A DNA stretch of 64,000 nt from contig CBDHDF010000011.1 of NCBI GenBank assembly GCA_965261545.1, forward strand, positions 864,001 to 928,000. The letters are read 5' to 3'. Shown piece by piece: positions 20,808-30,700 of the stretch. Within the stretch, counting starts at the first letter, position 1, and every line of letters starts with the position of its first letter. Both the position numbers and the translations under genes were made by a program. The stretch comes from Bdellovibrionales bacterium. GTDB taxonomy: Bacteria > Bdellovibrionota > Bdellovibrionia > Bdellovibrionales > UBA1609. The notes under the pieces are model-generated. The model made no database searches. It was given only the letters and a program-made list of their open reading frames with translations, and was not told where the DNA came from.

Positions 20808-21578
20808 ATGCCAATGTCACCTACAGAAATACAAGAGACTCTCAAAAGCCTTAAGCTTATAGGCATGTTTGAAACATTTGAGGCTCGAAGTTACCAACAC
20901 ACACAGAACCAACAAAACTTCCAAGAGACCTTCTCATTGCTCTTACAGGATGAAAAGGATTTCAAGAAAAGCAAAAAATGTGAGAGACTCCTCAAAGCAT
21001 CCAAGCTCACGGAAGAGTCCACCCTCACCGGCTTTGATTGGAATTTTAACCCAAAAATACCCAAGCCAATGATCTTGGAATTAATGAACTTGAAGTTCAT
21101 CAAGCAGGGGGAGGGAGCCTTGCTTATTGGCTCCCCTGGAACTGGAAAAAGCCACATTGCAAAAGCTATAGCCACCAAGGTCTGTTCCATATCAAATTAC
21201 AAGGTTTTGTATCAGGAAGCTCACAAGCTTTTTGAAAATCTCTTTGAGGCCAGGCAGCTGGGGCGCAGAAAGAGGTTCTACACCCAACTCATCCATGTGG
21301 ACCTATTGATCATTGATGATCTTTTTCTTAGAAAGCGCATCCCACCAGAGGCTTGTGATGACTTCCAGGAAATCATTCTGGATCGATACTCAGCGAGAAA
21401 AAGCACTCTTATTACCTCCAATCGCATTATTGAGGACTGGGGAAAGTGTTTGGGCGATAATACCGTGGCCTCTGCCATCCTGGATCGCCTTCTCCACTGC
21501 AGCCAACTATTAAAATTTGAGGGAAAAAGCTACCGATTGAAGGAAGCTTCAAACCGACTTGTCAAGATAAAAAATTAA
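20808..21578 (+). CDS. istB: IS21-B helper ATPase
   Basis: GSPGTGKSH, LLIIDDL, AILDRLLH. Confidence 0.95.
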   Translation: MPMSPTEIQETLKSLKLIGMFETFEARSYQHTQNQQNFQETFSLLLQDEKDFKKSKKCERLLKASKLTEESTLTGFDWNFNPKIPKPMILELMNLKFIKQGEGALLIGSPGTGKSHIAKAIATKVCSISNYKVLYQEAHKLFENLFEARQLGRRKRFYTQLIHVDLLIIDDLFLRKRIPPEACDDFQEIILDRYSARKSTLITSNRIIEDWGKCLGDNTVASAILDRLLHCSQLLKFEGKSYRLKEASNRLVKIKN

Positions 21579-21740
21579 ATGTAGGGTGAGCCCATCTTGT
21601 CAGATCACCCTAAATGGATGGTTTTGTTAGCCCACAAATGGATGGTTTTGTCCGCCCCGGGTAGGGCATAAGTGATAATTTTCGTCACTTTCTCATTTTG
21701 AACAGCATCAATTAAAGGTGACACTATGGAATATTTTTTT

Positions 21741-21759
21741 TGAATGAGTTACGATTCAG
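21741..21759. repeat. 19-bp direct repeat, copy 1
   Basis: TGAATGAGTTACGATTCAG, also at 24990-25008. Confidence 0.85.
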
Positions 21760-21828
21760 AAGAGATTTTTTAAAGAATAATTGGCAGTTAGAATATTTTT
21801 AATATGTGGAGGAGTTAAAATATTATGA

Positions 21829-23199
21829 GTGTTCTTAATGAATAGAAAAGAAGAAATAGAATATAAAGAAATAAGAGAATTGATTGATGAAATCATTAAC
21901 AAATGCAGATATAAAAAGCCTATATTTAGAGGAATAAGTAAAATACAGGAATCAGATAGGGAAATTAGCTCTCCTTTATTTAGGAAATTTAATAAAAATA
22001 AAGAAGTGAAGGGTAAATCTCTTACACTTTTATATGCAGAAAGAGATATTATAGAAAATGCAAGAATTTACTTCCCTTCAAATACAAGTGATGTGGAAAT
22101 TTTAACTGAGTTACGTCACTATGGCGCCGATGTGAATCTTATTGATTTTAGTCGTAGCTTATATGTTTCTTTATTTTTTATTTGTAATAAAAATTATAAA
22201 GAAGACGGCCAACTTATAATATTGGAAACTGATGGCCTAAAGATTCGCAAAGAAATTAAATATCCAGAGAATAGTCTCGAATTAAAATTTAAAAAAAGTA
22301 ATAAAGAAGATAGCGTCGAACAAGAGGTCAATTCAAAATATAAAAACAACCCTCAGATTATAGAACCTACACAAATATTTTCTAGCAAGAATAGAGTGAT
22401 ATCTCAATCAAGTATATTTGTTTATTGCTATAAAGGATATTTAGACAAAAAAAGTTGTATTAAAGAAATAATAAAAAAAGAATATAAAAAAGATATTTTA
22501 GATTATATAGAAAAATATCACAATATTTCCCTTAAAACTATTTACAACGATGTAATAGGTTTTATCAAAAGTAATAATGATAATGGCAACTATATACTCG
22601 CCCACAATCATTATACTCACGGAGAATATCTTTATAAGAAATTTAATAGAGAAGGAGATAAAGTAAAAGATGAAGTAAAATCTATTAACGAAATTATCAA
22701 TCAATATGACGAGGCAATTAATCTAAATCCTTACTATGTAGAAGCTTACGCAAGTCGTTCCTTGATGAAATTTATAATAATTCAAGATAAGGGTGCCCTT
22801 GAGGATATTAATAGATCTATTGAATTAGATTCTAATAATTCAATCCATTATTTGCAAAGAGGGTATATTAGATTAAAAAATAAGGATTTTGAAAATGCGA
22901 TGATTGATGTTGAAAAGTCTATTCAATTGGACCCCAGTAATAATCTATCTTACTGTCTCCGAGGTGAAATAAGGTTGGAACAAAAATTGTATGAAAAGGC
23001 TATTGATGATTTCAATACAAGTATTGAATTTCAAGAGCCTGTAAACTATATAGCTCATTATTCCCGAGGTCGGGCTTATTATTATTTAAGGCATTTTGAA
23101 AAAGCTCGTGATGACTTTAAAAAAGCTCTTACACTCAATCCACCTAAAGAAGGTAGAGAGATGTGTGAGAAATATATAAGTTGTATAAATAAATTGTAA
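21829..23199 (+). CDS. FRG-domain protein with C-terminal TPR repeats; last codons replaced by IS66
   Basis: IFRG..SPLFR..LRHYG..LIDFS..SLFF; several TPR-like units. Confidence 0.85.
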   Translation: MFLMNRKEEIEYKEIRELIDEIINKCRYKKPIFRGISKIQESDREISSPLFRKFNKNKEVKGKSLTLLYAERDIIENARIYFPSNTSDVEILTELRHYGADVNLIDFSRSLYVSLFFICNKNYKEDGQLIILETDGLKIRKEIKYPENSLELKFKKSNKEDSVEQEVNSKYKNNPQIIEPTQIFSSKNRVISQSSIFVYCYKGYLDKKSCIKEIIKKEYKKDILDYIEKYHNISLKTIYNDVIGFIKSNNDNGNYILAHNHYTHGEYLYKKFNREGDKVKDEVKSINEIINQYDEAINLNPYYVEAYASRSLMKFIIIQDKGALEDINRSIELDSNNSIHYLQRGYIRLKNKDFENAMIDVEKSIQLDPSNNLSYCLRGEIRLEQKLYEKAIDDFNTSIEFQEPVNYIAHYSRGRAYYYLRHFEKARDDFKKALTLNPPKEGREMCEKYISCINKL

Positions 23200-24910
23200 C
23201 TATTCAGGGGGTGCTGCATTAATTCGAACAATTTTTTTAAAAAAAGTATAAAAATTCTTGACAAGTTTTTGAAGCAAACGACCTCTTTCATTTGTTCTTT
23301 ATCGAATATGTTCCTGCATATGGCTTAAACTCTCTGAGAGCCATAGTATTGAAAGATTGTGAAACATAGGTCGCGGGGGGCACTTCTCATTCCTTTTGCT
23401 TCTTAGAACGAATCCTAGTGCATTTTTTTTAATGAAAAAAAGGCATGTTAATATTTTCATAAGGTAAGTATGAAAATAGAAAATATTGACGTGTCTTCAG
23501 CCATAAATAAAATCAGGAAGCTTCTTAAGAAAGAGAAGTCCCTTTCTCCCGCTTTTATTGTGGCCATTGAGTTGTTGATCAAAATCATCACTATTCTAGT
23601 AAATCAAAAAAAATTAAATAGTCAAAACAGTAGTATTGCCCCTTCTCAAGATCCGAATGGCCCTAAAAAGAAACCTAAGGAAGAAACTGGTAAGAAGCCA
23701 GGAGGACAACCCGGACACGAAGGAGCTACTTTAAAACCCGTGGATACTCCAGACAAGGTGGAGTTCATTTCTATTAATAAAGAGGAACTTCCTCCAGGTG
23801 ATTACATTTCTTCTGGAGTTGAAAAGCGTCAAGTATTTGAGGTAGACCTTTCTGTGCATGTCACGGAGTATCAAGGAGAAATCCTCGAAGACCAAGATGG
23901 GAATCAGTGGGTTGCAGGTTTTCCAGAAGGAATCAATAACCCAACTCAATATGGCCCTTCTGTGAAAGCTCACTCAGTTTATATGTCCCAGTTTCAGTTA
24001 ATCCCTCATCTTCGAGTCGCAAGTTACTTTAATCAATGGGGTCTATCGCTTGCTGGATCTACGGTACACAATTTTAACAAATCTGCCTTTGAGGCTCTGG
24101 AAGCTTTTGAGGAGTGGGCAAAGGAAACTCTTCTGAACTCACCTTTGATTCATGCTGACGAAACTGGAGTGAATGTTAATGGGAAGAGGCTGTGGTTTCA
24201 CCTCTTGTCCAATGATACTGTGGTTCTCTATCAGGTGGACGAAAAAAGAGGCGCAGAGGCTATGGATCGCATGGGAATTCTTCCAAAATACACAGGGATT
24301 GTTTGTCATGACCATTGGAAACCTTATTATACATATACTTCCTGCATTCATGCCCTTTGCAATGCGCACCATTTAAGGGAGCTTCAAAGAGCTTGGGAGC
24401 AAGATGATCAAAAATGGGCAAAAGAAATGAAGTCTCTTTTAGAGACAATAAACAAAGAGGTGCACGATACGCAGAACCAATGCCTTTCACAAGACCGAAT
24501 TGAATATTACAAAGAGAAATATCGAAATATTCTCTTCGAAGGGGAAAAGGAATCTCCATTAATGGAGAGGACAGAGAAAAAAAAGAAGGGAAAGGTTAAA
24601 CAATCCAAATCTAGAAATTTACTAGATCGACTGAGAAACTTTGAAGATGATACCTTGCTATTTATGAAGGACCCCATAGTTCCATTTACGAATAATATAG
24701 CAGAAAATGATCTGAGAATGACCAAAGTTCAGCAGAAAATATCTGGGTGCTTTCGTTCGTTGATGGGAGCCAAGACATTTTGTAGAAACCGAAGCTTTCT
24801 CCTGACTTGCCAGAAAAATGGCATAGAACCTAAAGATGCTCTAAATATGCTATTTCAAGGAAAACTTCCCTCATTTATGACTCGAATTCGCCCACCCCCT
24901 GAATAGTTAC
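23196..24910 (+). mobile_element. IS66-family element, single-ORF type
   Basis: TIR GTAACTATTCAGGGGGTG; 8-bp TSD AATAAATT. Confidence 0.97.
23470..24906 (+). CDS. tnpC: IS66 transposase
   Basis: NSSIAPSQD, GGQPGHEG, HADETG, LCNAHHLREL, FTNNIAENDLR. Confidence 0.96.
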   Translation: MKIENIDVSSAINKIRKLLKKEKSLSPAFIVAIELLIKIITILVNQKKLNSQNSSIAPSQDPNGPKKKPKEETGKKPGGQPGHEGATLKPVDTPDKVEFISINKEELPPGDYISSGVEKRQVFEVDLSVHVTEYQGEILEDQDGNQWVAGFPEGINNPTQYGPSVKAHSVYMSQFQLIPHLRVASYFNQWGLSLAGSTVHNFNKSAFEALEAFEEWAKETLLNSPLIHADETGVNVNGKRLWFHLLSNDTVVLYQVDEKRGAEAMDRMGILPKYTGIVCHDHWKPYYTYTSCIHALCNAHHLRELQRAWEQDDQKWAKEMKSLLETINKEVHDTQNQCLSQDRIEYYKEKYRNILFEGEKESPLMERTEKKKKGKVKQSKSRNLLDRLRNFEDDTLLFMKDPIVPFTNNIAENDLRMTKVQQKISGCFRSLMGAKTFCRNRSFLLTCQKNGIEPKDALNMLFQGKLPSFMTRIRPPPE

Positions 24911-24989
24911 AATAAATTTATAAAAAAGAACGATAAGAAGCTGTAGTCCGACGTCTCTTTTCAAGGAAAATTGTTTCTGAATATGAGCC

Positions 24990-25008
24990 TGAATGAGTTA
25001 CGATTCAG
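24990..25008. repeat. 19-bp direct repeat, copy 2
   Basis: Identical to 21741-21759. Confidence 0.85.
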
Positions 25009-25192
25009 TAGGTGGGTCTTCTTTTTTAGAGAATCTAAGATCTCTAGAATTTGCTGTCATGAAGAAATTTGCTTTCGGTTCAAATTTCCAAGGCTCCCAT
25101 TTTTCATGTCGCTTATCTTTATAAATATTTTTGGACATTTTTTTAAAAATTTGAAAATTACGCTCTTCTCTTGCTTCAATATCTGAACTCAT
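24998..25192 (-). CDS. Small hypothetical protein coupled to the deaminase
   Basis: ATG 3 nt after the deaminase stop; AAGGAG RBS. Confidence 0.55.
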   Translation of the reverse strand: MSSDIEAREERNFQIFKKMSKNIYKDKRHEKWEPWKFEPKANFFMTANSRDLRFSKKEDPPTES

Positions 25193-25195
25193 TTT

Positions 25196-26683
25196 CTACT
25201 CCTTAGTAGGAAATAATTTTCTTGATAGTAAATGCTCTTGCTCAATGATTGATCCTAGGTTTAGTCTTATTCGAGGTAGAGCAGATTTTCTACCAAAATT
25301 AAAATCTATGACTCGACCATTATCACTTCTCAAGATTTCATCTCCAGAGCTTAAAGTCAAAGAAAATAGATCAAAGAATCTCCGCGGACCAACTCCTGTG
25401 AATGGTTCAAAGTGTAGCTTGTTTTTCTCATTCTTATCTTCTGAAATAGCATCATCATGCAATTTTTTAGCCAAACTTTTAGGGTAAGGCTCTACATAAA
25501 CGACTCTCTTAATTCCTGCTGAAATTATATGCTTCGCACAGTTGTGGCATGGGTAAGTTGTTGTAAATAATGACAACCCTTTGCTCTGTATTCCCAACCG
25601 GTTCATCAACAAAAGTGCAGCCATTTCAGCGTGAACAGCACGCCCATATTCTGTTATGCCTTTGAATTCGCTGTCATCAATTTCTCTTTTTATGATATCC
25701 TTAACTTCTTTAATTTTATTGCCCGCTATTTCTTTAAGCTCGCTGTCTGATGAGACCCCTTTAATTATTTCTTCTACGATCTCCTCTCTCCTTTTTTTAT
25801 TTGAATCATATCCTCTAGCGTAATCTCTTTGGTCCATCCCTGTAAGATAATCATCTGACCAATATTGGCCACCACCAAACTTTGGAGCGTCATTTGCTCC
25901 TTGGGCAACAATTTCCCCCTCTGAAGTAACAATGACTGCCCCCACTTGTCGAGACAAATCAGCAGATCTTAACGAGGCTGCGTACGCATGAAACATGGCA
26001 TACTCATCTTTATTAGGTGTGTGATATGGATGGCCAAATATTAAATCTATAAATCTAGATAGTTCTCTATCTAACCTAGTTTTATTATCAATTGGAATAA
26101 ATACATCAGACTTATGAAATGAATCACTCACCTTTTGTCCATATTTTTTTATGTTATCTTGCTCTAATTTTAGTAATTTCTTTGCATTATTTTCAGCAAT
26201 ACCTTCTTCCTTGTTAAGGTAATTTAGCCTCTCAGGTATATCACTATACAATCCTATTAAGAAGAAACTACTCCCATAGAGAGAGCGTATTTTTTCAATT
26301 TCTTTGTAGTGCTTAAATCCATTTATAAGGAACGCAGTTTTTTTGTTTCTCTCAGATTTGTCTTCCCTTAAAGAGTAGATACTAGAAATCGCTACTTCAG
26401 CTAAATAATCAGGCTTATTTTCATTTCTTAACTTATCTCCCATTTTGATTAATTCTTTCTTTCTCTCAAAAGGGGTCTCTGGAATTTTACCTTTGTCTTC
26501 TTTATACTTGTCCTCTAAAAACTTACTTATTTTAATGGGCTCAAGAATATAATTGTAATCTTTCAATATATTCTCTAGGGAATTTGTGAATTTTTTTACA
26601 TCACAACCCATTGGTGCAATGAGGCCCAAGTATATGTCGTTGTCATCGTCGTTGTTTTCTTTACTTCTCATCTTGTTGCTCAT
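25196..26683 (-). CDS. Anti-phage-type dCTP/dCMP deaminase (P-loop-like plus deaminase domains; AvcD-like)
   Basis: GLIAPMG N-terminal motif; RSADLSRQVGA, HAE, PCHNC, YVEPYPKS. Confidence 0.92.
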   Translation of the reverse strand: MSNKMRSKENNDDDNDIYLGLIAPMGCDVKKFTNSLENILKDYNYILEPIKISKFLEDKYKEDKGKIPETPFERKKELIKMGDKLRNENKPDYLAEVAISSIYSLREDKSERNKKTAFLINGFKHYKEIEKIRSLYGSSFFLIGLYSDIPERLNYLNKEEGIAENNAKKLLKLEQDNIKKYGQKVSDSFHKSDVFIPIDNKTRLDRELSRFIDLIFGHPYHTPNKDEYAMFHAYAASLRSADLSRQVGAVIVTSEGEIVAQGANDAPKFGGGQYWSDDYLTGMDQRDYARGYDSNKKRREEIVEEIIKGVSSDSELKEIAGNKIKEVKDIIKREIDDSEFKGITEYGRAVHAEMAALLLMNRLGIQSKGLSLFTTTYPCHNCAKHIISAGIKRVVYVEPYPKSLAKKLHDDAISEDKNEKNKLHFEPFTGVGPRRFFDLFSLTLSSGDEILRSDNGRVIDFNFGRKSALPRIRLNLGSIIEQEHLLSRKLFPTKE

Positions 26684-27029
26684 AGATCATAATTTATTAA
26701 ATATATGCAAGGCCATTGCTGGGGAAAAGAACTGATGGGTACAAAGGTACAATAAGAAATAATTATAGTCAAACGGTCGAGTGGCCTGGCGCAGGGCAAT
26801 AACTCAGGTCTGCTCGCTTGTTTATTGATTTTATTGATGATCGACACAACGTCTTGAGTGAACCAAGTATCAGCCTGTTCTGGAAAATTTCTCTAATATT
26901 TCTCTTCCCTCCTGTAGGAGACTTGCCTAACAAGAAAGTGGTTGATATAGTTGTAAGCAAATGACTGTCAGACAGAAGATGACAGGGACCAGTGTATGAG
27001 TCATAAGTAATAGTGTTTGTGGCTCTGGT

Positions 27030-27230
27030 ATGTTCTTTGAAAATTTAATATGGATGACGACAGAAGAAGCGGCTCGGTATTTGCGTAAAAGTGCCAATGC
27101 TTTAAGAATCATGGTTTATAAAAGATTCTTAAGGTTAGAAAATTTCGTCGAAGACTCTGCTTTTTAAGAGGAATGAACTGGATGCCTTGATTGAAACCTC
27201 ACTTATTAAAGGAGGTTATTGTTATGGCAG
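27030..27230 (+). pseudogene. Excisionase-like HTH gene, frameshifted
   Basis: WMTTEEAARYLRKSANALRIMVY followed by frame disruptions; directly upstream of the integrase. Confidence 0.65.
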
Positions 27231-28390
27231 TTAGTACATACAAGGAAAATGGTAGAGAATTTTATTGTGTTTATGTTCAAGCAAAAGGAAAAGAGGATAA
27301 AAATTTGAGACTTCAACGTAAGAGAAAGAAAATTGTTTCTTTTCGGGAGGCTCAAAAACTTGAAAAAGCTCTTTTCAAAGAAGTTATCGAGCAGATTGCA
27401 AAGATTGAAGGTCGCGGGTTGACTTGGCGAGAGATTATCGACAGATGGGAGATTAAAGCCCGTCGAGGGGATCTCGGAGACAAGTATCAAAACAATTACT
27501 TGATTCAAACTCATGTGAATCGGTTGAACGAATACACAAAGATTTGGCTTCAACGCAGAGCTTCTGATTTGACCAAAGGTGATGGAAGGCAGGTTTTAAA
27601 TGCTGCCAAAGCTGATGGTGTAACAGGAAGTTCTTTGAAGAAAATCAAAACTTCAGTGAATGTTGTTTTTAACTGGGGAATCGAAGAGAAGTATATTGTT
27701 GGTACATCTTCAACCCCAGTTGAGGGTCTTTGTGTTTCAGACAAAGTGGAGAAGGTTCCTCAAATTTTAACTCTTGAGGATATTCGGACTTTGCTTGGAA
27801 GGGCGTGCAAACTTGACCACCCTTGGTATCCCATCTGGGCATTTGCTTTTTTAACTGGTATGAGAAGTGGCGAGCTTAAAGCCCTACAGTGGAAGGATAT
27901 AGACCTTGAGAAGCGTATAATAACGGTTTCCAAGTCCTATAGCCCCCATTTAAAGGGTATTAAAGGCACAAAGGCTGGGTACTGGAGAAATGTTCCCATT
28001 TCACCGGAACTTGAAGGGATTATTTCCGGCTTAAAAGAAGGCCAGAAACTAACACCTAAAGACTTTGTGTTACCTCGTCACTACACTTGGACAAATGGGC
28101 AAGCTGGGGAGGTTCTCAGAGGCTTTTTGAAAGAGCAGGGGATAGACAAGGATATTGTTTTTCACACGCTCAGAGCTTGCTTTGCGACTCATATGCTAGC
28201 TCAGGGGGCCAATCAAGCCACTGTTATGAAAATCGGTGGATGGAAAGATATAAAGACTTTCCAGATTTATGTTCGATTGGCTGGTGTTGAGGTCCATGGG
28301 GCAACAGATATTTTAAGTGTCTTGCCTAAGATTCGACCTGTCACAACTGATAAAGTTGTGAGTTTAAGTGACCATGCGAGGAGAGCCTAA
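27224..28390 (+). CDS. Tyrosine integrase
   Basis: TGMRSGE, K, HTLR, GGW, Y; AGGAGG RBS. Confidence 0.95.
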   Translation: MAVSTYKENGREFYCVYVQAKGKEDKNLRLQRKRKKIVSFREAQKLEKALFKEVIEQIAKIEGRGLTWREIIDRWEIKARRGDLGDKYQNNYLIQTHVNRLNEYTKIWLQRRASDLTKGDGRQVLNAAKADGVTGSSLKKIKTSVNVVFNWGIEEKYIVGTSSTPVEGLCVSDKVEKVPQILTLEDIRTLLGRACKLDHPWYPIWAFAFLTGMRSGELKALQWKDIDLEKRIITVSKSYSPHLKGIKGTKAGYWRNVPISPELEGIISGLKEGQKLTPKDFVLPRHYTWTNGQAGEVLRGFLKEQGIDKDIVFHTLRACFATHMLAQGANQATVMKIGGWKDIKTFQIYVRLAGVEVHGATDILSVLPKIRPVTTDKVVSLSDHARRA

Positions 28391-28891
28391 CCAGGCTTTC
28401 TCCACAAAAGAATTATTTTTTTGAATATTTCCTGAAATGTTTCTTCTGACTTCTAAAGTAATCCATATAGGAATCTCCATGTGAGGTGTGTTTCTGAGTA
28501 TTTCCTGAAAACGCTTTTCAGAGCTTCCAATTAGAGGGCCGGTTGTTAAAATCACTGAAGGTTTCCAATTCACCCCAGAAGGAATCAAAAAGGAGGAACA
28601 AGAAAACCCTCAGTCATGATGAAATTAGTCAAATGAAGGTTATTCTTCAGCCCGTACCTTTGAATGAAGCAAAGAATTACAATCGACTCATAAGGCTTTG
28701 TCAGCTTATTTATCCTCACCGAGGGTCTTTAGAGTCAGACTGTAGGAAAAAGGAAAAAGACACTAAAAAAAATAATTTTATGTGAGTGATGACGGAAAAT
28801 AACTGGACTTTTAAGTTGAAAATGACTAAAGTTAAAACACTAAAACATAGCTGCTCATTATTGATGGAAGCTGGAAAGGGAACGATAGAGT

Positions 28892-30700
28892 ATGAGAAAA
28901 GTAGCGCTTTATTGTCGAGTGAGTACCGATGAGCAGGCAAAGAATAAGGAAGGGTCTATCACTTCTCAAGTTCAGCGACTTCAAATGAAAGTCAATGAGA
29001 AAAACTCCTATGAGAATGGTCAATGGGGAAAAGTGGTGGGTATCTATAAAGATGAAGCTTATTCCGGGAAGAATACAGACCGCCCTGAATTTCAACGCAT
29101 GTTGACCGATGTAAAAACACAGCGAGTGAATACCATCCTTATTACGGAGTTGTCTCGATTGAGTCGCTCAGTCACCGATTTTTTAAGTTTCATTGAAGAG
29201 CTTGAAGACCATGGTTGTGACTTTATTTGCCCTCAATATGATTTTGATACCACAAGTCCCGCAGGTAAAGTCTTTATGACTATCATTATGGCCCTCGCCC
29301 AGTTTGAGCGAGAATTGACTGCCGAAAGAATTAGAAATAACTTTCACGCCCGTGCCTTACGGGGGTTGTCCAATGGGGGAGTGCCTTTTTTGGGCTATGA
29401 TAGAGACCCTACTCAGTCAGGACAACTTTTGGTGAATACCCATGAAGGGGTGATTGTAAAGAAAATATTTGACTTATACTTAGAGGGTAAGAGTCTTTCA
29501 GAATCGGCAAAATATCTCAATGAGGAAAACATTAAAAATAAGTCATGGATAAGCAAAGATGGAAAAGCCTGCGGAGGGCAGCCTTTTCGTGCCACTTCGG
29601 TTTTGCGAACACTGACCAACTATGCCTATATTGGAAAGCGAGAAGTAAACAAGAGAAACAAAAAATTAGTCTCGGAATCTCTCAAGACTGAAGAACAATA
29701 TACTCTTGTTGATTCCAGTTGGAAGGCCATTATAGACCCTGAAACTTTTCAAAAGGCCCAAACAAAGCTTAATATCAATAAGAAAGTTAAGAAGCCCATG
29801 AACTTTGATTTTTGCTATTCAGGCATCATGGTATGCGACGAGTGCGGAGCGCCTCTTTCTGGTAAGACGGGGACAGGTAGAAATAGAATCTATTTCTACT
29901 ACGGGCACAATAGAAAGACATCCTGTAAGGTTCAAAGATATGATGCTGAGGCTCTAGAAAAGGTTCTTCGTAGACAGCTTTTCACCCTTATCAACAATGA
30001 AGCCATGGGCAAGCAATTCATTCAAGCTTTGTCTGAACAGGTTCAAGGCTCTTCCAAAATCTCGGAGGCTCTCCTCAAAAAGACCCAGGAGGATATTGGA
30101 AAACGCCACTCTGAAAATGAGAGACTTATCAATCTTATGGCCGATCATGCAGAAGCCCAAGGGCTAGATGCCCTGCTGGGCCGTATCAAGAAAAATGAGG
30201 CCGAGATACTTGAGTTGAAAGCTCAACTGTCAAAACTTGAGGAACAGCGCATCATAGAAGCGGCGCAACCCACCATCGACCCACAGTTTATTCTCTCTGG
30301 CATCAAAAAGTTTCGCGAAGATGGGTTTCGCAAAGCTAAGGTTTCCAAGAAAAGAGCTATTGTGCAAGATGTTATCAAGACGATTCATGTCCATCCCGAT
30401 AATGTGATTCGCATTGATTTTTGGACCAGTGAGAGTCAGTCTAGCGTTGCTGTAAAGGATGCATTTCAATCAGGAGTTGTTCTCCCTTTTCAGCCCCTAG
30501 GTAGGCCACTTGAGGCATCTTTTCGTGAGAATGCCTCTCGTGAGGATAGGTTTTCCGATATAAAAAGAGCTGCAAATTTAGGTGTCTATATTCTCCCACA
30601 AGGGAGAATGACGCCCAAAAGCAGCCTCGGCGGCAGTTTCGGGCCTTCTCTGGCCCACGGTTCGTCCAGCGTTGTAACTGGTGGAGGTGGTGGGAATTGA
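28892..30700 (+). CDS. Large serine recombinase reading into the tmRNA 3' end
   Basis: YCRVST, SRLSR, CDECG; last codons antisense to ssrA. Confidence 0.95.
   Translation: MRKVALYCRVSTDEQAKNKEGSITSQVQRLQMKVNEKNSYENGQWGKVVGIYKDEAYSGKNTDRPEFQRMLTDVKTQRVNTILITELSRLSRSVTDFLSFIEELEDHGCDFICPQYDFDTTSPAGKVFMTIIMALAQFERELTAERIRNNFHARALRGLSNGGVPFLGYDRDPTQSGQLLVNTHEGVIVKKIFDLYLEGKSLSESAKYLNEENIKNKSWISKDGKACGGQPFRATSVLRTLTNYAYIGKREVNKRNKKLVSESLKTEEQYTLVDSSWKAIIDPETFQKAQTKLNINKKVKKPMNFDFCYSGIMVCDECGAPLSGKTGTGRNRIYFYYGHNRKTSCKVQRYDAEALEKVLRRQLFTLINNEAMGKQFIQALSEQVQGSSKISEALLKKTQEDIGKRHSENERLINLMADHAEAQGLDALLGRIKKNEAEILELKAQLSKLEEQRIIEAAQPTIDPQFILSGIKKFREDGFRKAKVSKKRAIVQDVIKTIHVHPDNVIRIDFWTSESQSSVAVKDAFQSGVVLPFQPLGRPLEASFRENASREDRFSDIKRAANLGVYILPQGRMTPKSSLGGSFGPSLAHGSSSVVTGGGGGN

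Larger units (their letters stand above)
10087..21661 (+). mobile_element. IS21-B element hosting nested insertions
   Basis: Terminal AAAACCATCCATTT repeats inverted at both ends; istA pieces and istB. Confidence 0.85.

Noticed and set aside
26845..26864. ACAACGTCTTGAGTGAACC as the partner att arm of the ssrA LSR (versus GGTTCGTCCAGCGTTGT near 30660)
   Set aside because: Short match with a 2-nt spacing difference and no shared core; could be chance
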